64,000 nt of DNA, taken from contig NIVC01001816.1 in assembly GCA_002269645.1 (NCBI GenBank), positions 62,001 through 126,000 of the forward strand, given 5' to 3'. Below the pieces are notes generated by a model that searched no databases, was not told the DNA's origin, and saw only the letters and a list, made by a program, of their open reading frames with translations. This stretch comes from Macrostomum lignano (Eukaryota). Position numbers and translations under genes: made by a program. The first letter of the stretch is position 1, and the number at the start of each line of letters is the position of its first letter. Of this stretch, positions 12,730 through 25,542 are shown in pieces.

Positions 12730-13995
12730 GTCTACGACGTTTGCCAGCGGGACATTTGCCAGCCGACGTTTGCCTGTGAGACGTTTGCCTGCCGAGGTTT
12801 GCCAGCCGACGTTTGCCTGCGAGACGTTTGCCTGCGAGACGTTTGCCAGCCGAAGTTTGCCTGCCAGACGTTTGCCAGCCGACGTTTGCTTGCGGGGACG
12901 TTTGCCAGCCAACGTTTGCCTGCCGGAAGTTTGCCAGCTAAAATTTGCTAGCCAATATAAAGCCAGTCAGTGAAAAATTTGATACTGAAATATTCACATT
13001 TTAGCGGTTTGACAAAAACTGTTTTTACTTCAACTTTTTGACGGTTATTCGCATATACACAAGTTCGAAAGCAAAATTTAGTTTACTTAATTTTTGACAA
13101 TTGTGTATCGTTTTTTCCAGTTTGAGATGTTTGATTTTTGATGTGCAAAAGAAGACGCGCAGATTACAACAGGAATCTCCAGCGATTAAGTTATGAGGCA
13201 AACAAAAAGAGCTGCTGAGCGGTAATTCTGGCTCATATATTTCTCAGTTCATTGGGAGATCCAAAAGTAAGCAAATTGATTCCAATTCTGTTGTATTACT
13301 ATTCAAGTAAGCCAGGAAACCGCGATCTCAACGTACATGTGTAGATGAGTCGAATGTGGTACGTTTGTATATTAAGCTAGCTGAATAGCCAGACAAGCCG
13401 CCAGTAGCAAGAACTAGTAGGATAGCAAGCGCTAGACACTTCGTATACAAAGCTTAGTCACGCCAAGGCCTACTAAAGTAGAAGGACGCGCAGCACTCGA
13501 AATCTATGGAAAATGTTTTGAAGGCCATAGGGAGATAGGAAGTTTTCATCTTTTCAGCACAACCATTGTTATCGCTTTCATACGAGGCAAACCGATGAAT
13601 GTTCATCTTTTGATATGTTGTGCCAAAATCGTTGTTAAACTAGATATTAGACGTTAGACTAATGAACTGCATAGTTTATATAGATTTTGCTTTCGAACTT
13701 GTATATATGCAAATAACCGTCAAAAAGTTTAAGTAAAAACGGTTTTTGTCAAACCGTTAAACTGCGAATATTTCAGTATCAAATTTTTCACTGACTGGCT
13801 TTAAATTGGCTAGCAAATTTTTGCTGGCAAACTTCCAGCAGGCAAACGTCGGCTGGCAAACTTCGGCTGGCAAACGTCTCACAGGCAAACATTGGCTGGC
13901 AAACGTCGGCTGGCAAATGTCGGCTGGCAAACTTCGGCTGGCAAACGTCCCGCAGGCAAACGTCTGGCAGGCAAACTTCGGCAGGCAAATGATCT
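12730..13995. mobile_element. Foldback/MITE-like non-autonomous DNA element with ~300-350-bp inverted arms
   Basis: 12730-13080 is the reverse complement of ~13682-13995: GCCAGTCAGTGAAAAATTTGATACTGAAATATT pairs with AATATTTCAGTATCAAATTTTTCACTGACTGGC, and the arms carry 15-bp subrepeats. No clear TSD. Confidence 0.8.
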
Positions 13996-14253
13996 GTCAA
14001 CATTTTTCTGCTAGCTGGATTAGCCAGGGTGATTAGTAGTTATATGTGTATAGTATAGGCCTATTGTGTTTTATAGATGACAAGGTAATTATATTAGTTA
14101 ACACAGTCATTGTTACTCTCGCTATTTATCTATATAATTACAATATGGTAGAATAACACATTTCTTAAGTAATTAATAATTTTAATCAATTATCAATGTA
14201 TTTAGCATTTTTATTGATATAATATACATATTTATTCATAAACATTTCCTGCC

Positions 14254-17086
14254 ATGGACTTGCTGTTGACAACTGAATCTCAATTAACCATATATAATGT
14301 CACCAATAATAGTGTCTGGAATTCCACAGCCAGTGTTACACCCTGCTCATCTTCTGATTATGTCTCGCATGTACAGCTGGCACCATGTGGCCAGTATGCC
14401 CTGGCATTGTCAGAGTCAGGTCGTCACCTACTACAGGTATATTCTTTTGTTAACGTTTTCAGTGTTTCTGTAGCTTGGGGAGTGATTTCTGTACCATCTG
14501 AAGCTTCTGGTGTGCGAAGTTGAGACCTGAAGCTTCTGGTAGAAGTAGAGTTGATAGCATCTGAAGCTTCAGGTAGAGGTAGAGTTGATAGCATCTGAAG
14601 CTTCAGGTAGAGGTAGAGTTAATAGCATCTGAAGCTTCAGGTAGAGGTAGAGTTGGTAGCATCTGAAGCTTCAGGTAGAGGTAGAATTGATAGCATCTGA
14701 AACTTCAGTTTGAAGTAGAATTTATAGCATCTGAAGCTTCAGGCTCGTATAACTTACAGTTTGTAAGGCAAACCTCTGTTCTGTTAAAGACAATTCTTCC
14801 CAAATCCTCATCTCTCTCAGATCCCGCTGGCCAGCCTCTCAGACCAGCTGTCGCATCGGCAGCTTCCGGTTGCCGGGCAGCACAGCTGCATCGCTCTGTC
14901 GCCGTACACAGGCCGGAGCCTGTCGGCCGGCTCCCACACCGGCCAGCTCACTGTCTACGACGCACCTGAAGGTCATTGCCGTTGGCAACGCCCATCGCTT
15001 CCCTCGCCAGTTGTCTGTTTAGCCTTTGATCTGGCCGCCAGAGACGATTCCCGCTGTTTAATTGGCTATCAGAGCGGCGATGTTGCCTTGGTGAACATCG
15101 GCACTGGCTACAGGCACTCACCGATGGGTCTGAGGCCTGAGGATCGTTCGGCTTGCGAGTGCCTGGCAACCAGCCAGTTCTGTCCGGGCGTGGCCGCTGC
15201 CGGCTACCGCAGCGGCGCCCTACTGCTGTGGGACACGAACTCCGGCAGCTCGCGTAGCGTGTTGGCCTGTCCGAGTCGAGAGTCTGGCTCGACCGGCTTC
15301 TGTCAGCCTAGGCGAGCTGTACAGTTCTCTCCAGTCAATGCCAGTCTGCTCTGTTCAACCAGCTGCGACTCCAGCGCTGGCCTGTACGACTCTCTGGCCG
15401 GCATTGAAGTAGGCCGGATTCGCCTGCCGGATGCGGCTACCAGGGGATTAACGTTTAGCCCGGATGGCCAGCTGGTCCTGGTTGGGACTCGAACTAGCGG
15501 CTGTCTGGCCTACGATCTCAGACGAATGCACCAGCCTGTGATGCAAATTCCTGCCGCGGCTGCTGACACCGCTGCTGACCGGGCCAGATCAGCGGCTGTC
15601 ATTGATTTGAAGGTTTGTATTTTCTGTGTCAGATAATGCCTGAGTGTGTCAGATAATGCCTGATTGTGGCAGATAACGCCTGAATGTGTCAGATAATACC
15701 TGAGTGTGTCAGATAATGCCTGAATGTGTCAGATAATGCCTGAAAATGTCAGATAATTTCGGAATGTGGCAGATAATGCCTGAATGTGTCAGATAATTCC
15801 CGAATGTGTCAGATGATGCCTGAGAAGTCAGATAATTCCCGAATGTGTCAGATAATGCGTGAATGTTTCAGATAATGCCTGAATGTGTCAGATAATGCCT
15901 GAATGTTTCAGATAATGCCTGAATGTGTCAGATAATGCCTGAATGTGTCAGATAATGCCTGAATGTGTCAGATAATGCCTGAATGTGTCAGATAATTCCC
16001 GAATGTGTCAGATGATGCCTGAGAAGTCAGATAATTCCCGAATGTGTCAGATAATGCCTGAATGTGTCAGATAATGCCTGAATGTGTCAGATAATGCCTA
16101 AATGTGTCAGATAATGCCTGAATGTGTCAGATAATTCCTGAATGTGTCAGATACGGTATTGAGGTGTCTAACAATGTCTAATTGGTGTAAGTTATTGGAT
16201 TATACCCGGACATGTCACATAAGTTGCTTGAATGAAGTACCCGACCCTGTAACTGCCCTAACAATGGTTACCTAGCAACACGCACTCAAATGTCAAACTC
16301 ATGAGTAACGCTTTATCATATAATATTATTTTCAAACAGTTGATCCCTCAACGTCGCGAGTTCGATCTGAGCTCCCCAACTCCAACGCGTCACAAACCGG
16401 AGGCAACTGTCCAACACAATGAGAACCCGGCTCGGCCGCTAGTTGACTTGACCAATCGTCATGCCGACGCCCCATCGACTCCTTCGAATCATTCAACATT
16501 GTCGGCTACAAAAGACAGCAGCGGCGGCTTGTCAGGGGACAGCAGCGCCGAGGGCCGGGCTCTTGACCGCATTCTCATGGCTCCGCTGCAGCTGACTATG
16601 CAAGATCACAGTGTTCTACCGCCAAATGATGCTAGTAATACTACTGCTACTGCTACTGTCAGTAGTCAGTCGGCAACTAAACGAGTAACATTTGCGGAAT
16701 CATTGGCCGTTTCCTATTCAATGTCTGGTTCTTCGCCTGTCAATCCAACTACTACTATTAGTAGGAGTAGCGCCAGCGCCACTTCAACTGTTGACGTGGC
16801 CTGTCAGACTACTGATGCTACTGACAGTAGCAATGACAGTTTTATCAGACAATTAATACGCGATGAGACAAGAGAATTGCGCAGACAATTAAACGATTTA
16901 CGCTATCAGCTGGTGCACCAGTTGGATATTACGGAAACTAATTTGATGGATGCCATTAGACAGGCCGTGTTAGTGGCGACAACTGCTCACAATGGTGCTG
17001 TTGACTCAACCGAAACCGGCTCTAACCGGCTGGCTCGCGACACCAATCAACTTGATGGACAAATAATTAAATTTCCCCACTTTTGA
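14254..17086 (+). CDS. NEDD1: NEDD1/GCP-WD, gamma-tubulin ring complex adaptor (WD40 + C-terminal coiled coil, ~573 aa)
   Basis: Exons 14254-14436, 14821-15612 and 16340-17086, all phase 0. WD repeats include LLLWDTNSG, VQFSPVNASLLCSTSCDSSAGLYDS and TFSPDGQLVLVG...YDLRR. A Ser/Thr-rich linker precedes the C-terminal FIRQLIRDETRELRRQLNDLRYQLVHQL helix, which matches the NEDD1 gamma-tubulin-binding tail. Confidence 0.85.
14500..14742. repeat. 34-bp tandem repeat (GCATCTGAAGCTTCAGGTAGAGGTAGAGTTGATA), NEDD1 intron 1
   Basis: Period 34 (14557 to 14591), ~6-7 copies. Confidence 0.88.
15625..16152. repeat. 20-bp tandem repeat (TGTCAGATAATGCCTGAATG), NEDD1 intron 2
   Basis: About 26 copies, beginning ~12 nt after the donor. 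Confidence 0.92.
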
Positions 17087-17409
17087 ATAAACTTGAATTC
17101 ATCTCTAATGCTGTTAAACCATGAAAACTCTTCTTCTATCTAGTATCTTCTATTATTATTTATTCATAATTATGCATTTCCTTTTATAATTAACAAAACT
17201 GCCAAGCCAAGTCACATATAGTCTTAATAATTAAAACTTTAATTATGCATTTTTATTATGTTAACACTATACATATTTACATTTTGCAATAATTTGTATT
17301 GTATAAATACAATCGATCCGGTTTCAAAATAGCTATAGTCACGTGTGCTGTTTGTTGGTTAATACGCACTTTTGGATACGTCTATCTGCTCACATATAGA
17401 CACATTCAG

Positions 17410-20400
17410 GCTGGACATCAATCTATTCTACTCATTTTCAATGCTTCACACCCGCAGCCGTCATCTGTGACTACTCAGCAGCAGCCGCTGCCGCCTCCCC
17501 TTCAACTGTTTGTGGTCGGCGCTAGTGGAGGCTCTGACGCTGCGTCCCTTCAGCTGCAGCAGCGACATCAACAGCAGCAGCATCTTCAGTTCACCTGGCA
17601 ACAGGATTTCGGTAGCGGTATTGTCTATAGCCTTACCGAACTCTTGCCAATACCGTTGCCATGCGGAATCGCAGTAGACGATCTGGTTCCGGTTCTGTCT
17701 AACCGGCACCAGCTGCCGGAGTTCACCCGGCCTCAATTGCATCAGTCGCTAACAGAATTTGTTGTTAAAAGTACGGCCAATTATTTTGATAAGATTTGCG
17801 AACAAAGGCGCGCTGCCGTTGGCGCCGTGGGCTTGGGCGGCGCCGCGGATTTAAACAACTGCGCTGAGCAGCTCTGTAGGGAGTTCCGGCTTGTTAAGGT
17901 AAATAGGGCTCTTAGTGATTAATTAGTTCTTGGAGTACTCAGTCAGACTGGTTATGATCTATTCTATCCTCTATTATATCCTTACCTGCATTCTATCCTC
18001 CATTATATCCTTACCTGCATTCTATATCCTCTATTATATCCTTACCTGCATTCCATTCCCCAATTTATTCTATGTGCACCCTGGTGCACTTTAAACGACA
18101 TTGTCGCACAACCGGCGAGAGGCCTTACTGCCCATTCCGCCGACTCCCCTGAGCAGGCACACAAGCGCGCGGATACGTACGCAGTCACACGCGCAGGCAC
18201 ACACTCACACAGGAGTGTACAGCGGGCCTAACTTTATTTATCGTTAGGCATGTACACTTCACTGCGCCTTTGGGGTTGTTGGCCTCAAACTGGTCGTTAA
18301 TTGCACAAGCAGGGCGAAGCCGAGATTCCAGTTTAGCCCATAGATTAATGCGACTGCTTTTGGAATCGAGCCTGGGCCCCTGGACTCCCTTCAACACCAC
18401 AACCCGCACCCTCTCGCAGACCTATTCAACCCTGGTGCAAACTGCCGGTGTCCAAGCCGACCACGACGAGCCTGACTGCGGCGACTCCGCATCGGTGCTG
18501 TCGTCCTCGTTGGCGTCGAACTCCTCGCCGTCGCACAACACGGCTAACAGCTTCGATTCGGTCAGCGGATGCGGCGGCAGCGCCGGCTCCGATGTTGAAC
18601 GTTCAGAATTTCGTCGAGCCTATTTGCAATTGGTGAATTGTGCACCCAGCAAAGCTGCTAAACTGGTCAAGATTGAACGGGCTATGGCTAAACAGGTTGA
18701 AGATCTGCTGTCCAGCGCTGGCAGGGCTATGCGAGAGTTGTCAGCTAAACAGCAGGCTGTGATGGAGGAGGCGGTGGCTCAGAGTGGCCACAGATACACC
18801 GGTGAGAGCTGAGCTTTATTTAGTGTGTTTTATAGGTTGTCTCTCGAGCAATCTTCCCTAGAGCATATTCCCTAGATCTACTAATAAAATCCATTTATCC
18901 ATCCATCCATCAAGGGGGGCCGTAGCCCAGCGGTAGCGCAGCTGCTCTAGTGTGCCAGCGACCCAGGCTCGATTCCAAGTGCAGTCACATTAATTTGGGG
19001 CTGAATTGGAATCTCGGCTTGGCTCTGCTCGTGCAATTAACGGCCTTGAGAGCCAACCCCCCAAGGCGCAGTGAAGTGTACATGCCTAACGATAATATAA
19101 AGTTAGGGCCGCTGTACACTCCTGTGTGAGTGTGTGCCTGCGTACGTATCCGCGCGCTTGTTTGCCTGCTCAGGGGAGTCGGCGGAATGGGCAGTAATGC
19201 CTCTCGCCGGTTGTGTGCCTATGTCGCTTAAAGTGCGCCAGGGTGCACACAACCCCCCTGCCTCTAAAAAAAAAAATCCATCCATCAACCTATGCTATAC
19301 ATGGCTTGTCTAATCAACTGACTGTACACTCGGCAACAGTCAAAAGTTCCACCCTCCAGGCGAGATGAACATTGTCTTAATTATTGTGACAACTTCTGGC
19401 TCACAATTCAACCCTCAAATTGCGCAACAAAGCCGCCGCGAGGAAAGGAAAGTTAATTGAATCAATAATAAACGTCAGTCCCACAAAATCATAACAGTTT
19501 TTATGCAATATTCAGTTAGAATCGCGATACTTAATAACGCGCGTGGGATCCCCTCGCACACAGGGGAAGCTGCTGCCAAGCCTTTTCAAGGGCATGAAGC
19601 AGCTCCGCAACATTCTGCTGTGGTGGATTTTCGTTTCGAAAGCAGAATTTTAGAAAGTCCCAGACATGCTCGATGAAAAAAATTCATCGATCGCTTGGAG
19701 GGTGGAACTTTTGTCTGTTGCTGAGTCATGCTGCTATGTCAATATGTGATTGATTTCAGAAGAACAGCTCAACCGATTTTCTTGAAAATTGCACCATTCG
19801 ATCAGATATTTTCCCGTGACAGTACGTGCTGTGGCTAAGAAATTGCTCTATCCCAAAAGGATTAAATATTCGGAAAAAAACATGCTTTTTGCAAAGGTAA
19901 AGCAGACTTTTCGACTTGAAATGTGTTTTGACCATTGTAGAGCAAATACTGAAAGACTGAACTCTGATTCTGATAAAGATTGCATCACAACAGCCTTTTA
20001 TTTATCGTCGCTTTACTGGCTTGGCTGAATCGTGACACCGATTTTAATTGAGTCACAGTGTGGAAAAAAGTATGGAAGCATAGCACATGACTTGGTTTAG
20101 ATTGCGTAACTACGTTTAATGGAGACTGATACTTGCTGACTGACTGACTGACTGAGAAATCGATTATATAACTCAACGAAAAAGAATAAAAAGCGCCATT
20201 TCAGCCTCGTGTCAACAAAAAAGAAGCGTCATGTCAAAATAAAAGCAGCGTGTTTAACCTAGGTTCAGTTTCATTCATCGTATTTGAGCGATATTGAGAT
20301 CCGGTTGTGCAACTCAAATAAGAAATCTACATGCAGCAGCAACTTTACTTGTGACAGTTTGCATCTGGCATCAGGTTGAGGCGACATGCAAAAATCTATC

Positions 20401-23400
20401 TTGGAAACTGCAAACTCATATTTAAACATCGATCCAGGCACAGGGACACTTTGAACTATTGTGGCTCATGGGGGGATTACTGAGATGTCAAGACTCATGA
20501 GGGGATTGCTGAAATGCTGTGGCTCATAAGAAGGAGAGGTTGCTGAGATGCCAAAGGGTCAATTGGGAGTTGTTGGTAGGCCAAGCATCAAAGGGAGAGT
20601 TAGGGTTAAGTCATGACTTAAAGGGAGCCTTTGGTGCGAAAGCTTGCATGAGGGGCAATGCTTTTTTGCTTGAAACATTTTCTCTAAGACACTAACAATA
20701 GCGAGTGTACAAGCCCATGTAGTAATTGTTGAAATTTTTGGTTCATGCGGGTTGCTCAGATGCCTTGAGCCAAAGCTCATAGAGGCTAGACATTTTTGAT
20801 AGCTTGGCTTTCAGGGCAGATACTTTTTGATTTAAAAATAATTTTCCCTAAAAAATTAACAATGGTGACTGTACATAACCTAAATATTTACATGTAGTTT
20901 ATTCAAACATTTTTATTTCTATCTTTGTTGACTCCCCAACAGCCAAACAGGGGCGCAGATTATATTTAGCCTAGGCGTGATAAAACAGAATGAAACGCAC
21001 GGCAGCCCGCCCGCTGCAATCAATCATCTATGGCTGACTTCAATAAATAAAAAACTGCATATAAGTATCTAGTTAATGCTATTACAACTTGTATATTTCG
21101 AAAGCAAAGCTTAGTACTGCTTAATATTGCTTAGTACAGTTATTAGTACTATTTTTTCGATTCACAAAACAAGGAGTTTTGGCCATAGACAATTTCTTAG
21201 ATGTCATTCTTTCTTTCTCTAGAGTGCTGGTGCTCAAATGTGGGGGCTCCGCCCCCACACCCCCGCAATGGGGCTCCACGCCCCCTTGACCCCGCTGTCT
21301 TCTGACTTTGCCATAGACAGTCTCAGAGGGCCGTGAAACCGACTGAATGCATTGGAGTAAATGATATTTAACCATAGACCGTCTCAGCGGGCCGTGAAAC
21401 CGACTGAATGCATTGGAGTAAATGATATTTAACCATAGACAGTCTCAGCGGGCCGTGAAACCGACTGAATGCATTGGAGTAAATGATATTTAACCATAGA
21501 CAGTCTCAGAGGGCCGTGAAACCGACTGAATGCATTGGAGTAAATGATATTTAACCATAGACCGTCTCAGCGGGCCGTGAAACCGACTGAATGCATTGGA
21601 GTAAATGATATTTAACCATAGACAGTCTCAGCGGGCCGTGAAACCGACTGAATGCATTGGAGTAAATGATATTTAACCATAGACCGTCTCAGCGGGCCGT
21701 GAAACCGACTGAATGCATTGGAGTAAATGATATTTAACCATAGACAGTCTCAGCGGGCCGTGAAACCGACTGAATGCATTGGAGTAAATGATATTTAACC
21801 ATAGACCGTCTCAGCGGGCCGTGAAACCGACTGAATGCATTGGACTAAATGAGATTTTACCATAGACAGTCTCAGCGGGCTATGAAATAAACGCTAACTA
21901 CTGTATGACACTAATATGGATATTGGTATATTGCTGGTATTGTCTAAAATGAGTATCAATGCAGATGACATTTCAAGGTGATCAGAGCATGCGTCTCTTA
22001 CCTGTTCTCCCTAACAGACGAGGACATCAACCGTCTGAACGCTCAGCACGTTTCCAATTTAACTGGCGAAGCGCAGCGTTGGCGCAACGAGCTGGTAATG
22101 CTGAAAGACCGACAGAAGGCCGCCCATCGTCAGCTGGTATTGTGCCAATTGAACAGCCTAGCGGCGCTGGATTCGCGCCTCCTGCCAGCTGCCGAACCTG
22201 TCGCCAACCCGTCCGGCCCAGATGCTGGCGCGGAGTCGTCTACGCCGGCTGATGGCGACGCCAAGCTGTCCGAACTGAGCGGCGAAGCTGGCATTAACGT
22301 CACAGAAGATCCCAACGAGTCTTATCGCAATCCGATAGCCTGGGAGGAAAGCTTCACTATTAGCGTTGGCACTCAATTAAAGACGCAGCATAATTTGCGC
22401 TTATTAAGCGCAGATTTGAGACGATTGTTGAGTCCAAATTCTGCGGCTGATCGACTGCAGACCGCATTGAGTCTGTACTCTGACTCGCTATCCGCCTTCG
22501 TGCTCTTGTCTAGCCGCGATCAGGTTAGCGATTGGCACCTCTTCAGGGTTCCTTTCACAAGCTGGAGACTTCACATCCTTGCCAAGTCCAGCTGATCACT
22601 CTTTCACAAGCTGGAGACTTCACATCCTTGAGCACACCAGCTGATAACTCTTTTACAAGCTGGAGACTTCACATCCTTGCCAAGTCCAGCTGATCACTCT
22701 TTCACAAGCTGGAGACTTCACATCCTTGAGCACACCAGCTGATAACTCTTTTACAAGCTGGAGACTTCACATCCTTGCCAAGTCCAGCTGATCACTCTTT
22801 CACAAGCTGGAGACTTCACATCCTTGAGCACACCAGCTGATCACTCTTTTACAAGCTGGAGACTTCACATCCTTGCCAAGTCCAGCTGATCACTCTTTCA
22901 CAAGCTGGAGACTTCACATCCTTGAGCACACCAGCTGATCACTCTTTTACAAGCTGGAGACTTCACATCCTTGCCAAGTCCAGCTGATCACTCTTTCACA
23001 AGCTGGAGACTTCACATCCTTGAGCACACCAGCTGATCACTCTTTCACAAGCTGGAGACTTCACATCCTTGAGCACACCAGCTGATCACTCTTTTACAAG
23101 CTGCAGACTTCACATCCTTGCCAAGTCCAGCTGATCACTCTTTCACAAGCTGGAGACTTCACATCCTTGCCAAGTCCAGCTGATCACTCTTTCACAAGCT
23201 GGAGACTTCACATCCTTGAGCACACCAGCTGATCACTCTTTTACAAGCTGGAGACTTCACATCCTTGCCAAGTCCAGCTGATCACTCTTTCACAAGCTGG
23301 AGACTTCACATCCTTGAGCACACCAGCTGATCACCCTTTCACAAGCTGGAGACTTCACATCCTTGACTTGATCCTTGACTTCATATCCTGACTAATTTCT

Positions 23401-25542
23401 ATATTACCAACTTGCTTTCACCCGAACTGATTGATTTTTTAAGGCCTGCAATCCGCACGTGTCGGCTTCTCTGAAATTCAGCGATCTGTGCGAACGGAGC
23501 GCCGATTTTCACTTCGACGACTATGGCCGCCAAATGGAGTCGATATGGCGGCGGATTAATGGTGGGTTTGTTTTTCTTAGCCAATGGCAATGTGCCCGAT
23601 CATATATAGTCACTTGGTCACCTATCTAGTCACTTGGTCACCTATCTAGTCACTTGGTCACCTATCTAGTCACTTGGTCACCTATCTAGTCACTTGGTCA
23701 CCTATCTAGTCACTCGGTCACCTATCTAGTCACTTGGTCACCTATCTAGTCACTCGGTCACCTATCTAGTCACTTGGTCACCTATCTAGTTACTTGGTCA
23801 CCTATCTAGTCACTTGGTCACCTATCTAGTCACTCGGTCACCTATCTAGTCACTTGGTCACCTATCTAGTCACTCGGTCACCTATCTAGTCACTCGGTCA
23901 CCTATCTAGTCACTCGGTCACCTATCTAGTTACTTGGTCACCTATCTAGTCACTCGGTCACCTATCTAGTCACTTGGTCACCTATCTAGTCACTCGGTCA
24001 CCTATCTAGTCACTCGGTCACCTATCTAGTTACTTGGTCACCTATCTAGTCACTTGGTCACCTATCTAGTCACTCGGTCACCTATCTAGTCACTCGGTCA
24101 CCTATCTAGTTACTTGGTCACCTATCTAGTCACTCGGTCACCTATCTAGTCACTCGGTCACCTATCTAGTCACTCGGTCACCTATCTAGTCACTCGGTCA
24201 CCTATCTAGTTACTTGGTCACCTATCTAGTCACTTGGTCACCTATCTAGTCACTCGGTCACCTATCTAGTCACTCGGTCACCTATCTAGTTACTTGGTCA
24301 CCTATCTAGTCACTCGGTCACCTATCTAGTCACTTGGTCACCTATCTAGTCACTCGGTCACCTATCTAGTCACTCGGTCACCTATCTAGTCACTCGGTCA
24401 CCTATCTAGTTACTTGGTCACCTATCTAGTCACTTGGTCACCTATCTAGTCACTCGGTCACCTATCTAGTCACTCGGTCACCTATCTAGTTACTTGGTCA
24501 CCTATCTAGTCACTCGGTCACCTATCTAGTCACTTGGTCACCTATCTAGTCACTCGGTCACCTATCTAGTCACTCGGTCACCTATCTAGTTACTTGGTCA
24601 CCTATCTAGTCACTCGGTCACCTATCTAGTCACTTGGTCACCTATCTAGTCACTCGGTCACCTATCTAGTCACTCGGTCACCTATCTAGTTACTTGGTCA
24701 CCTATCTAGTCACTTGGTCACCTATCTAGTCACTTGGTCACCTATCTAGTCACTCGGTCACCTATCTAGTTACTTGGTCACCTATCTAGTCACTTGGTCA
24801 CCTATATAGTCACTCGGTCACCTATTTCGTCACTCACTCAGTCATCTATCTAGTCACTCACTAGATCACCTATCTAGTGACTATTTAGTCACTCACTCGC
24901 TCACATATTCACTCACTTTGTCACATACCGGTATCTAGTCACTCACTAAGTCATTTATCTAGTCAGTATCAGTTAACCATCTAATCACTCGCTTAAATCA
25001 CTCCCAAATCGAGCAACCTACTTATCTACCTATCTACTCATCCAACCGCTCATTCCACAGAGGCAAACCCAGCTGCAAGCAGTGGCGGTAGCAACAGCGC
25101 CTCAGCAATTGGCAAGCCATCTGTTGGCGACGTGTTCATCACGCGTCACTCAAATTTAAACGGCGCTCAATTAGTGTTCCATCTCATTACCGAATCGGGC
25201 GATTGTCCCGAATTGACCTCGCAGCATCCGGTCATTGCTCAAGGCCTCAGGCGTATAGTCCGCACCGCCCTGGTTCACGATGTTAATTGTTTAACTCTGC
25301 CTCTGCTGCTGACTACTCAGCTAACTGAAGAGATGACCATCACCTGGTGTCAGAAACGTGCTGAGCTGGTGCTGAAAACCATCAAAGGTTTCCTAGTTGA
25401 GTACATCACCTGGCAGAGTCACCGAACGCCCAGATGTTTCCAGTTCCTGTTGCCAGCCGGCCTGTCAGAGTCGATGCTGCAGTCGTTTAGCAGCTGCATT
25501 CAGTCTATATTCAGTTTAAGCCATGTTGCTCTGATGAAATAA
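17410..25542 (+). CDS. FERRY3: FERRY complex subunit 3 / C12orf4 orthologue (~659 aa); start uncertain, no in-frame ATG in exon 1
   Basis: Exons ~17410-17898, 18420-18801, 22018-22523, 23444-23561 and 25061-25542 with phases 0, 1, 0, 1. Motifs DEDINRLNAQH, EESFTISVGTQLKTQHNLRLL, RLQTALSLYSDSL, DFHF, FITRHSNL..VFHL and LPLLL...TEEMTITWCQKRAELVLKTIKGF match C12orf4 as I recall it. Confidence 0.9.
18070..18376 (-). mobile_element. SINE family A, truncated in the tRNA head, FERRY3 intron 1
   Basis: Colinear with 596-958 from TGTGCACCCTGG to GAGCCTGGG. Confidence 0.88.
18914..19275 (+). mobile_element. SINE family A, full length, with 13-bp TSD, FERRY3 intron 2
   Basis: GGGGGGCCGTAGCCCAGCGGTAGCG...GGCTCGATTCC tRNA-like head and a poly(A) tail. 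ATCCATCCATCAA flanks it at 18901-18913 and 19276-19288. Confidence 0.92.
21311..21885. repeat. 61-bp tandem repeat, ~9 copies, FERRY3 intron 2
   Basis: Period 61 measured at 21311, 21372 and 21433. Confidence 0.93.
22552..23370. repeat. 49-bp tandem repeat, ~17 copies, with mostly alternating A/B variants, FERRY3 intron 3
   Basis: Unit CTTTCACAAGCTGGAGACTTCACATCCTTG followed by either CCAAGTCCAGCTGATCACT or AGCACACCAGCTGATCACT. Confidence 0.93.
23610..24815. repeat. 20-bp tandem repeat (AGTCACTTGGTCACCTATCT), ~60 copies, FERRY3 intron 4
   Basis: Read directly; decays toward 25000. Confidence 0.95.

Noticed and set aside
12538-14036. Several 70-120 aa ORFs with ANV/FAS repeats
   Set aside because: Translations of 15-bp subrepeats in the foldback arms; no transposase motifs.
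19325-19365. Shared ~40-bp TACACTCRGCAACAGTCAAAA segment, also at 28958, a possible DNA transposon end
   Set aside because: No matching opposite terminus found, so no element can be delimited.
21311-24815. Regular repeat arrays resembling CRISPR
   Set aside because: Head-to-tail tandem units without unique spacers, eukaryotic intronic context and no cas genes.
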